From Candidatus Bathyarchaeia archaeon (GTDB lineage Archaea > Thermoproteota > Bathyarchaeia > Bathyarchaeales > DTEX01), in contig JAWBXL010000001.1 in assembly GCA_038867895.1 (NCBI GenBank), forward strand, positions 19,334-83,333: 64,000 nucleotides of DNA, written 5' to 3'. The notes beneath the pieces were generated by a model, which saw nothing but the letters and a program-made list of their open reading frames with translations, was not told the DNA's origin and made no database searches. Every line of letters begins with the position of its first letter. Within the stretch, counting starts at the first letter, position 1. The position numbers and the translations under genes were made by a program. This document shows positions 19,604 to 26,741 of the stretch, in pieces.

Positions 19604-20141
19604 ATATGATTGGAGAGTCTTTGTTCTCAGACTTGGACATAGATCTGAGAGAGACAAGCGTATTACAACACATGTTCTCTTAGTTGCTAGAGCTTTCGGT
19701 GCTCATGGAGCATTTTATAGTGGTCAGAGAGATGAGAAAGTTGAGGCAAGTATTAGGAAGGTTGTAGAGTCGTGGGGAGGACCCTTTAGTATAGAATATG
19801 TTGAAAACTGGGTTAAAAAGATAAAAGAATGGAAAAGGAATGGTGGCGTAGTCATACACCTAACTATGTATGGTCTGCCATTAAATGAAGTTATTCAAGA
19901 GATAAGGAAATCTGAAAAAGACAAGCTTATAGTTGTTGGTGGAGAAAAAGTTCCAAGAATTGTTTATGAACTCTCTGATTGGAATGTTTCAATAACATCC
20001 CAACCGCATTCGGAGGTAGGGGCTTTAAGCGTTTTTCTACATGAACTGTATATGGGGAGGGAGCTTAAGAAGGAGTTTGAGAATGCAAAAATAAAAGTTA
20101 TCCCAGAGGCAAAGGGAAAGAAAATTATAAAAATATCATAA
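19572..20141 (+). CDS. trm56: tRNA (cytidine56-2'-O)-methyltransferase aTrm56
   Basis: 189-aa ORF with VLRLGHRSERDKRITTHVLLVARAFGA. The start is ambiguous because there are several in-frame TTG/GTG codons at 19572-19593. Confidence 0.85.
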   Translation: MKGLVVSLCNKYDWRVFVLRLGHRSERDKRITTHVLLVARAFGAHGAFYSGQRDEKVEASIRKVVESWGGPFSIEYVENWVKKIKEWKRNGGVVIHLTMYGLPLNEVIQEIRKSEKDKLIVVGGEKVPRIVYELSDWNVSITSQPHSEVGALSVFLHELYMGRELKKEFENAKIKVIPEAKGKKIIKIS

Positions 20142-20237
20142 GAAGGTTTGACTTCTCCTCAAAAATTTTCCGATTAATTTAAGTTTGTTGATGACTAAAT
20201 AATAATTGTATTTATCGATCTTTGAGCGCGATTAAAC

Positions 20238-20747
20238 ATGCCAATTGTGAGCCATGACGTATTAATCAAGGTCGCATGCGCTGTTGGTGGCGAAGATGCA
20301 GCTAAGATAATTGAGGTTCTTAGTCAGAATAATGAGATGACTGAAGATGAGATAGTATCTAAAACTGGAATAAAGCTTAATGATGCCCGAAAAACACTCT
20401 ATAAACTTTATGAGCATTCTATAGTTGGACTAAGACGAGTTAGAAGTAAGGATACTGGCTGGTTTACATTTTATTGGAGGGTGCAAATGGATCAGATTGA
20501 GGGTTTCATAATAGGGCAAAAGAGGCGTATATTAGAAAAACTTGAGAAGAGGCTTGAATATGAAAATAATCACAGCTTTTATTACTGTTATACTCCTGGA
20601 TGCAAGCGCTTATCTTTTGAGGAGGCGACAGAATATTTATTTAGATGCCCTAAGTGTAATAAGTCGCTAACATATTATGATAACAGTAAAATAGTGGAGA
20701 ATCTCAAAAAGAAGATCGAAAAGATTAAAAGTGAGTTAAATGAGTGA
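20238..20747 (+). CDS. tfe: Transcription factor E (TFIIE-alpha homologue)
   Basis: 169-aa ORF with an N-terminal winged helix and a Zn ribbon CYTPGC...CPKC. Confidence 0.8.
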   Translation: MPIVSHDVLIKVACAVGGEDAAKIIEVLSQNNEMTEDEIVSKTGIKLNDARKTLYKLYEHSIVGLRRVRSKDTGWFTFYWRVQMDQIEGFIIGQKRRILEKLEKRLEYENNHSFYYCYTPGCKRLSFEEATEYLFRCPKCNKSLTYYDNSKIVENLKKKIEKIKSELNE

Positions 20748-21282
20748 AAGATGGCCTTCGCCTGAAGAGGCTGTTAAGATTCTTAGAGATGTAGGTTGCT
20801 CTGATGATGTAATAAAGCATTGCGAGGCAGTTGCAAGATTAGCTGTTAAAATAGCCAGAAAATGTTTGGAAAGAGGTGTAAATGTTGATATACAATTGGT
20901 TCACGTGGGAGCGCTTCTGCACGATATAGGTAGAGCAAAGACGCATAGTGTTCATCATGCAATTATTGGTGCTGAGATGGCGAGTTCCCTTGGTCTACCA
21001 GATAAAATCGTAGCAATTATAGAGCGGCATGTTGGAGGTGGGATATCTTCTGAAGAGGCTGTTAAGCTGGGCTGGCCAAAGAAAGACTATATGCCGGAGA
21101 CTATTGAGGAGAAAATAGTTTCATGCGCTGACAAAATGATTGAGGGATCGAATGTGGTTCCGATTGAGGAGACGATAAGACGATTTAAGGAAGAGTTGGG
21201 GGCAGATCATCCGGCTGTTGGGAGGATTAAACGTCTTTACTACGAAATTTCGAGTTTATGCTCTTGTAATGATCTGCTATAA
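20740..21282 (+). CDS. HD-domain phosphohydrolase
   Basis: 180-aa ORF with GALLHDIGR and IERHVGGG. It overlaps tfe by 8 nt. Confidence 0.8.
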   Translation: MSERWPSPEEAVKILRDVGCSDDVIKHCEAVARLAVKIARKCLERGVNVDIQLVHVGALLHDIGRAKTHSVHHAIIGAEMASSLGLPDKIVAIIERHVGGGISSEEAVKLGWPKKDYMPETIEEKIVSCADKMIEGSNVVPIEETIRRFKEELGADHPAVGRIKRLYYEISSLCSCNDLL

Positions 21283-21348
21283 TGGTCGCTTTACAAAAGA
21301 TATATAACGATACTAATTATTTTTCTTAATGAAAAGAGAGGAGTTTAC

Positions 21349-21921
21349 ATGGATGGCTTTGAGATAAGATCTAGGCTCTTAGTAAAGGATGTCATGAGTA
21401 GCCCGGTAATAACAGTTAACGAAGATGCCTCTGCCCAGGAAGTCGCTAAGCTAATGAGGGATAATGAAATTGGCTGCGTCATTGTAAGCAGTAGGGATGG
21501 AAAACCAGTGGGTATAATAACTGAGAAGGATCTAGTCACAAGAGTTATTGCTGAAAATCTCAAGCCAAGCGAAATTACTGCTAAGGAGATAATGAGCGCG
21601 CCATTAATAACAATTGATGCTGAAAAAACGATAAGCGAGGCTGCTAGAGAAATGAATCGCTATAATGTTAGGAGACTTGCGGTTATGTATAAAAGTCAAC
21701 TCGTCGGCATAGTCACAAGCAAAGATATAATCTCGGTTACTCCAGAGCTCATAGAAATAATTCAAGAGAAAGCGAAGATTTCAACTGGTGAAGAGTCTGA
21801 GGAAAAATTATCTTTAGCTGGATACTGCGATTATTGTGGGGTCTGGTCCGATAACCTTCGGGAGACGGATGGCGCATATATTTGTGAAGACTGCTACTTA
21901 GAGAGGAGAAGCGAAGAGTAA
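21349..21921 (+). CDS. CBS-pair protein with C-terminal zinc ribbon
   Basis: 190-aa ORF with two CBS repeats and C-terminal CDYCG...CEDC. Confidence 0.8.
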   Translation: MDGFEIRSRLLVKDVMSSPVITVNEDASAQEVAKLMRDNEIGCVIVSSRDGKPVGIITEKDLVTRVIAENLKPSEITAKEIMSAPLITIDAEKTISEAAREMNRYNVRRLAVMYKSQLVGIVTSKDIISVTPELIEIIQEKAKISTGEESEEKLSLAGYCDYCGVWSDNLRETDGAYICEDCYLERRSEE

Positions 21922-21945
21922 TTTAGATATCTTCTTCGTAAGAAA

Positions 21946-23298
21946 GTGAAGTCTCAGGCGATGGATGTGGCAGTGGATCTTGTTCTGAAGGAAGCTAAGA
22001 TATGTTATTCCGGAAACAAATTAATTGAGGCTGGAATAGCTATTGATGAGGGAAGAATAGTTAGGGTTGCTAAAGATGTTAATCTTCCAAGTGCCTCGGA
22101 GAAGATAAATTTAAATGGTATGCTTGTTCTTCCGGGAGTTATAGATGTTCATGTTCACTTAAGAGACCAGGAATTGTCTTCTAAGGAAGATTTTTATTCT
22201 GGTACGTGCGCCGCCGCTAATGGAGGTGTGACCCTTGCTGTCGATATGCCAAACAATAGACCAGTAACCATGAGTTCAGGGACGCTAAGGGAGAGGATGA
22301 GGATAGCCTCCAAAAAGATAATAATTAATGTAGCTTTTTATTCAGCCTTCCCAGAGAATATCGACGAAATAAAGCAAATAGTACATACTGGTGCAAAAGC
22401 ATTCAAGATATTTCTGTCTCATAAGGTTGGTGGATTAGATCCGGATGACGAAGATAAGGTGATAAGCGCTTTTAAGGAGGTTGCGGACGTTAATGTTCCA
22501 ATCGCTGTTCATGCGGAGGATAGTGTTTTCCTTCGTGAGAAGCTTAAGAAAATAGGGAATCAAAATAGTATTGACGCTTACCTTGAAGTCCATTCCGTAG
22601 AGGCGGAGATACGGGGGATTATGCGTGTAATAAGGTTTATGAGAGAGACCAGTGCCCGTGTGCACGTATGTCATGTTAGCACTTCTGAAGGGCTGAAAAC
22701 AATATTGCGTGAAAAGTCTCGTGCTCTCCCGATATCATGTGAGGCTACGCCACATCACTTGCTTCTCTCGGAAAAGGATTTTAAAAAAATTGGTAATATT
22801 GCGCTTATGAATCCACCGCTTAGACCTTTATCTGATACTTTATATTTGCGATGGGCGTTAGAAAACGGTTTAATTGATGTTGTTGCATCTGACCACGCCC
22901 CTCACGCGTTAAGAGAAAAAGATGCTTCCTCTATATGGGATGCTTCTGCTGGAATACCTGGTATTGAAACCATGCTTCCTTTAATGCTAACCATGGTTAA
23001 TAAGGGGCAAATATCAATATCGACTCTAGTTAAAGTTCTCTCAGAGAACCCCTCAAGAATTTTCGGGTTTAAAGATCGTGGTCAAATTATTGAGGGATTT
23101 TATGCAGATCTTGTCGTCGTCGATCTAAAGCGAGAGTGGACTATAGATTCATCAGAGTTTTATTCAAAGGCAAAGTTCTCTCCGTTTGATGGTTGGCGTG
23201 TTAAGGGAAAACCAGAAAAAACATTTGTGAACGGTGTGCTAGTAATGGATGAGGGAGAGATCATAGCTAAGCCAGGAAGTGGTAAAATAATTGTATGA
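21946..23298 (+). CDS. pyrC: Dihydroorotase (cyclic amidohydrolase family)
   Basis: 450-aa ORF with VIDVHVHLRD, AFKIFL, AVHAED, CHVS and ASDHAPH. Confidence 0.85.
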   Translation: MKSQAMDVAVDLVLKEAKICYSGNKLIEAGIAIDEGRIVRVAKDVNLPSASEKINLNGMLVLPGVIDVHVHLRDQELSSKEDFYSGTCAAANGGVTLAVDMPNNRPVTMSSGTLRERMRIASKKIIINVAFYSAFPENIDEIKQIVHTGAKAFKIFLSHKVGGLDPDDEDKVISAFKEVADVNVPIAVHAEDSVFLREKLKKIGNQNSIDAYLEVHSVEAEIRGIMRVIRFMRETSARVHVCHVSTSEGLKTILREKSRALPISCEATPHHLLLSEKDFKKIGNIALMNPPLRPLSDTLYLRWALENGLIDVVASDHAPHALREKDASSIWDASAGIPGIETMLPLMLTMVNKGQISISTLVKVLSENPSRIFGFKDRGQIIEGFYADLVVVDLKREWTIDSSEFYSKAKFSPFDGWRVKGKPEKTFVNGVLVMDEGEIIAKPGSGKIIV

Positions 23299-23307
23299 GG
23301 AGGAATT

Positions 23308-23799
23308 ATGAGCGACATTAAGTTCATGGTTGATGGAATGCTTGGTAAAGTTGCTAGATGGTTGCGGATGCTAGGTTATGATACGAAATATGCTGGTGAT
23401 TTGCATGACGACGAAATACTGAAGATTGCTGTTAATGAGAGGCGAATCATATTAACTAAAGATTATCAGCTTTTTAGAAAAGCCAATACTAATGGAATTA
23501 AAGCAGTTTTTGTGGAAGGGAGAACACATATTGAAAAGATGATAGATTTATCAAGGCAGCTTAACATCAGGTTAGAGGTAAGTATTGAGAAATCGCGGTG
23601 CCCAAAATGCAATTCTCCGATCAAATTAGTAGAGAAAGAGAGCATTAAAGATAAAGTGTTGTCCTCAACCTATAAGGCATATAATGAATTTTGGGTTTGT
23701 ACTGGGTGTGAGCAAGTATATTGGAAGGGCAGTCACTGGAAGAAAATAAATGAATCTTTAAATAAAGTTAAAATGCTTCTGCCTGAAAACTCTAACTAG
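23308..23799 (+). CDS. Mut7-C / DUF82 PIN-like RNase domain protein with Zn ribbon
   Basis: 163-aa ORF with N-terminus MVDGMLGKVARWLRMLGYDT and C-terminal CPKC...CTGC. Confidence 0.75.
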   Translation: MSDIKFMVDGMLGKVARWLRMLGYDTKYAGDLHDDEILKIAVNERRIILTKDYQLFRKANTNGIKAVFVEGRTHIEKMIDLSRQLNIRLEVSIEKSRCPKCNSPIKLVEKESIKDKVLSSTYKAYNEFWVCTGCEQVYWKGSHWKKINESLNKVKMLLPENSN

Positions 23800-24506
23800 G
23801 ATACTTCTATTACACTTTTATCGATAATTTTTATCTTTCCAATTTTCTTGTTCCGTAAAATGTTGTTGAGAATAAGTATCCTCTCAAAAGCATTTGGTGA
23901 GGCTAATAGCGGGCATATTAAAACATCATGGCACTTATCAATACTTGATATTATTTCTGCCACTCGCGAGTAATATAATTTTGTTGACGAGCCGCATTTT
24001 TCTTCAATAGCCTTATAGATCTCCTTTATATGTGGGCACTTCTCGTAGAACCGTTCTTCTGGGCAAACATAGTATTTAAAACTTTGAATTATATTGCTCT
24101 CGGGCAGCATCTTTTTGAGCGCGCTAACATCTATTCTCCTGTTAATCTTTCTCTCATTAACTTTATTTTCCGCATATTTTAAGAGAAGTTTACTTATTGT
24201 TGAGGAGCCTTTGCTAAAGAGTATTTCTTCTTGGACTATTTGATTATTAGTTGGTACGTATTCACCTATCCAGAGACCGGAACGTCCATTCTGTATGACT
24301 GGTCGTATCATGAAACCCCATGATCTCTGCTGTGTTCTCTCAAGTAACCACTCCGCATCATCTAATAAGCTTCCATATCCCCTAATATCTCGAAATATAA
24401 GTTTGCCAAAATCCCTATCAAAGATAATAATCACGCTGCCAAGCTTCAGATCTTTTAATTTCTTTCTAGGCATTTGAACCCTTAAAGGTGATGGCAAGCG
24501 AAACAT
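23796..24506 (-). CDS. Hypothetical protein, Cys-rich C-terminal half
   Basis: 236-aa ORF with no motif I recognise. Cys pattern: YYVCPEERFYEKCPH...KCGS...KCHDVLICP. It overlaps the Mut7-C gene tail-to-tail by 4 nt. Confidence 0.5.
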   Translation of the reverse strand: MFRLPSPLRVQMPRKKLKDLKLGSVIIIFDRDFGKLIFRDIRGYGSLLDDAEWLLERTQQRSWGFMIRPVIQNGRSGLWIGEYVPTNNQIVQEEILFSKGSSTISKLLLKYAENKVNERKINRRIDVSALKKMLPESNIIQSFKYYVCPEERFYEKCPHIKEIYKAIEEKCGSSTKLYYSRVAEIISSIDKCHDVLICPLLASPNAFERILILNNILRNKKIGKIKIIDKSVIEVS

Positions 24507-24634
24507 TTAAGTTTTTATTAATGCTTATCCATTAATGCTTCGTAAAATTTATATTTACTTTAATATTTTAGAGTGCATCAAACATGCAGAGCGTACTCAA
24601 ATATTCGTTCCTAAATGATATGTGAGGGGGAGAG

Positions 24635-24934
24635 ATTATTAAACCTGTATTTGGGGAGCTTGAGAGTGTAGATTCTGAGAGTCAAAAAAAGAGGATCCTG
24701 ATTGGGCCGCTTAAACTCACCCGCTTTGAGAAAGCTAGAATCGTGGGCGCGAGGGCATTACAAATAGCTATGGGCGCCCCAATTTTAATAGAAGTCAAGG
24801 AAAATTTAAGAAGTCCAATAGATATTGCGCTTGAGGAACTGAAGCGCGGTATCCTACCAATAACGATTCGCAGAACCCTTCCAGACGGAACCTACCAAGA
24901 CATACCCCTAAAATGGCTTCTAGAAGAGGAATAA
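24635..24934 (+). CDS. rpoK: DNA-directed RNA polymerase subunit K (Rpo6)
   Basis: Conserved core [27 protein letters not shown]...[12 protein letters not shown]. The track ORF starts at GTG 24743, inside the conserved helix. The frame is open from 24626 with no ATG/GTG/TTG before 24743, so the start drawn here (ATT 24635) is provisional. Confidence 0.75.
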   Translation: MIKPVFGELESVDSESQKKRILIGPLKLTRFEKARIVGARALQIAMGAPILIEVKENLRSPIDIALEELKRGILPITIRRTLPDGTYQDIPLKWLLEEE

Positions 24935-24939
24935 AAGTG

Positions 24940-25060
24940 GATTGCCAGCTTCCCTGGCTTCGCGGGGCCGAAGACCCCACTAAAACCAGGGACGGAACGC
25001 GGTTTAACTTCCAAGTTCGGAATGGGTTTGGGTGTTTCCCGCGCCCTTTGGCCGGCAATC
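24940..25060 (-). rRNA. 5S: 5S ribosomal RNA
   Basis: The minus strand reads GAUUGCCGGCCAAAGGGCGCGGGAAACACCCAAACCCAUUCCGAACUUGGAAGUUAAACCGCG...GCUGGCAAUC. It has a 10-bp terminal helix I and the universal loop C/helix III motif CCGAAC..GAAGUUAARC. Length 121 nt. Confidence 0.9.
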
Positions 25061-25117
25061 CAAGATAATCTTGGATGAGCTCTGGCTCTTAACTTTTTCG
25101 CTTAAATGTGGGCATAA

Positions 25118-25128
25118 GATATATAAAA
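25118..25128 (+). promoter_or_regulatory. TATA-box-like element upstream of tRNA-Trp
   Basis: AGATATATAAAA lies about 30 nt upstream of the tRNA 5' end. Confidence 0.4.
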
Positions 25129-25173
25129 TGGATTTTTCCCAATTTTTTATGTTGGTGGGGCTGTGGTCTAGCA

Positions 25174-25201
25174 TCAGTCCACTATGAATGGACTGCTAGA
25201 A
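25174..25201 (+). other. tRNA intron 1 (D-loop, 28 nt)
   Basis: BHB with central helix CTAG 25168-71 / CTAG 25196-99, bulges CAT and AAA, and a 7-bp inner hairpin 25175-81 / 25189-95. Confidence 0.75.
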
Positions 25202-25213
25202 AGGTATGACGAC

Positions 25214-25249
25214 TGCGTTAATGCGGCTCTAGTCCGCTTAAGCCGTTAA
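25214..25249 (+). other. tRNA intron 2 (anticodon stem, position 28/29, 36 nt)
   Basis: BHB with central helix GACG 25208-11 / CGTT 25244-47 (one G.U), bulges ACT and AAG, and a long inner hairpin 25215-26 / 25234-43. Its removal creates the anticodon-stem strand AC|GGG. Confidence 0.75.
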
Positions 25250-25258
25250 GGGCTCCAG

Positions 25259-25318
25259 ATGCCAGAAGACGGGTTTGCTGACCCGCCTGGGAATGAAGAT
25301 TATCTGGAGCTTGGAGAA
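25259..25318 (+). ncRNA. tRNA intron 3 (canonical 37/38, 60 nt) with box C/D guide-like architecture
   Basis: BHB with central helix CTCC 25253-56 / GGAG 25313-16 and bulges AGA and AAA. Internally there is a D' box CUGA (25278-81), a C' box AUGAAGA (25293-99) and two antisense elements complementary to the tRNA anticodon arm. Confidence 0.6.
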
Positions 25319-25361
25319 ACCCGTAGGTCGCCGGTTCAAGTCCGGCCAGCCCCACCAACAC

Positions 25362-25378
25362 TTTTAATGCGGATTTTT
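25362..25378 (+). terminator. Oligo-T tracts downstream of tRNA-Trp
   Basis: T4 at 25362-65 and T5 at 25374-78, directly after the CCA end. Confidence 0.35.
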
Positions 25379-25449
25379 GAATCACCCTTATAAATATTCT
25401 ATTTTTAGAAATTAGTACAGCGACTCTTCGCTTATATGAGGTTAATGCT

Positions 25450-26709
25450 ATGTGGACCTCCAAGAAGTTTGCCTACGTGTCTCTGAAAGAAGCATATCTC
25501 TTAATAAGAGAGGTAGTGAAAGAAAAGCTTTTGGAAGAAGTTGTGCCAGTTTTTCAGGCATATAACCGTGTTTTGGCCGAGGACGTCATATCTAATGTGA
25601 GTATACCTCCCTTCAGCGTTTCCCATGTCGATGGGTATGCTCTCAGATCAGAGGATACCATTAAAGCATCCATAAATAACCCAGTCTCATTGAAGGTTGT
25701 TGGCAGAATTTATCTTGATGAAGGTTATAGAGGCGGGGTGAAGAGCGGTGAAGCGGCATATATCTCGACTGGTTGTGCTCTGCCAGATGGAGCCGATGCG
25801 GTGGCGCCTGTTGAGAGGGTTAGGGATAAGGGAGATTACATCGAAGTTTTAAGACCATTAAAACCAGGCGAGAATGTTATTCCGGCGGGAGCTGATATAA
25901 AAAGGGGAGAAAAAGTTTTTAGTGTTGGTCGAATTCTACACGCCCAAGACGTCAAGCTTCTAATGGATATGAAGAAATGGACCGTTAAAGTCTTTAGGAA
26001 GCCAGTTGTCGCCATGATCTCTATTGGAAGTGAACTCACAAATCGAATTGAGGAGGCTGATAAAAAGAAATTTGATAGCCATTCCATGGCAATATCAATT
26101 TTAGTTAGCGAAGCTGGCGGTGTCCCACTTAGCATGGGAATAGCGCCTGACGAGACTCACGCCATTATTAATATGCTGAAGGAGGGGCTTAAGAGGGCAG
26201 ATATTGTGGCAACCATAGGAGGGGCCTCCATAGGTGAGAAAGACTATGTTCTTGAGGCGATAAGGCAGATTGGCGAGTCGAAGATTGTGATCCGCGGAAT
26301 TAGGGTTCAGCCGGGTAGAGTTACAAGTCTATGCATGTTAGATGGTAAGCCTATCGTAATGCTCCCGGGGCACTTCCAGTCAACGTTAGTTGGGTTCTAC
26401 GCAGTTCTCCTGCCGTTAATTCGCCTTTTCAGCGGGCTGGAGCCTATAGACTCCTACCTAACAGTAAGGGCGAAGCTCTCCCGCAAGATGATTATAAGAG
26501 AGTTCCTGCCTTTTGAGAGGGTTAGGTTTGTTAAATTGATAAGAGTCTCGGGAGACTATTTTGCTGAGCCAATTTTAGGCAACTCCTCCCTAGTAAGCGT
26601 AGTCACAAACTCAGATGGCTTCATAATAATACCGCAGGGAAAAGAGATTATTGAGGAAGGGGAGGAAATTGATGTACATCTTCTTAAGGGGCTATACCCA
26701 TTTAAATAA
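25450..26709 (+). CDS. moeA: Molybdopterin molybdotransferase MoeA
   Basis: 419-aa ORF with a MoeA domain layout, including VSHVDGYALRSED and TIGGASIGEKDYV. Confidence 0.9.
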   Translation: MWTSKKFAYVSLKEAYLLIREVVKEKLLEEVVPVFQAYNRVLAEDVISNVSIPPFSVSHVDGYALRSEDTIKASINNPVSLKVVGRIYLDEGYRGGVKSGEAAYISTGCALPDGADAVAPVERVRDKGDYIEVLRPLKPGENVIPAGADIKRGEKVFSVGRILHAQDVKLLMDMKKWTVKVFRKPVVAMISIGSELTNRIEEADKKKFDSHSMAISILVSEAGGVPLSMGIAPDETHAIINMLKEGLKRADIVATIGGASIGEKDYVLEAIRQIGESKIVIRGIRVQPGRVTSLCMLDGKPIVMLPGHFQSTLVGFYAVLLPLIRLFSGLEPIDSYLTVRAKLSRKMIIREFLPFERVRFVKLIRVSGDYFAEPILGNSSLVSVVTNSDGFIIIPQGKEIIEEGEEIDVHLLKGLYPFK

Positions 26710-26741
26710 CGACCACTTCAAGCAGCATTTAATAGAAATTT

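Larger units (their letters stand above)
25157..25357 (+). tRNA. tRNA-Trp: tRNA-Trp (anticodon CCA) with three introns and genomically encoded CCA
   Basis: Acceptor stem GGGGCTG/CAGCCCC, T-arm GCCGG-TTCAAGT-CCGGC, discriminator A, then CCA. Three hand-drawn BHB motifs give exons 25157-25173, 25202-25213, 25250-25258 and 25319-25357. Together these form a 77-nt cloverleaf with anticodon loop CUCCAGA. Confidence 0.85.

Noticed and set aside
20188-20194. UUGAUGA (C-box-like) in the trm56-tfe spacer.
   Set aside because: There is no CUGA D box at a suitable distance and no C'/D' pair. It is an isolated heptamer in AT-rich DNA.
25223-25237. Hairpin GCGG-CTCTAGT-CCGC with a 7-nt loop presenting CUA, resembling an amber-suppressor (Pyl-like) anticodon arm.
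   Set aside because: The stem is only 4 bp. It lies entirely inside BHB-defined intron 2 as its terminal loop, and there are no surrounding tRNA elements. It is a coincidence.
25269-25324. An 8-bp helix ACGGGTTT/AAACCCGT that initially looked like the tRNA anticodon stem. It would give a single large insertion and anticodon UGC (Ala) or UGA (Ser).
   Set aside because: No BHB can be drawn around it. The acceptor stem has G3:C70 rather than the G3:U70 of tRNA-Ala, and there is no long variable arm for Ser. The three-BHB model gives a clean tRNA-Trp instead. The helix is better explained as the D' guide duplex of the intron.
24795-25463. Track ORFs 24795-25058 (87 aa, minus) and 25218-25463 (81 aa, minus).
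   Set aside because: They coincide with the 5S rRNA gene and the tRNA-Trp gene respectively. They are stop-free frames through GC-rich structured RNA, not genes.
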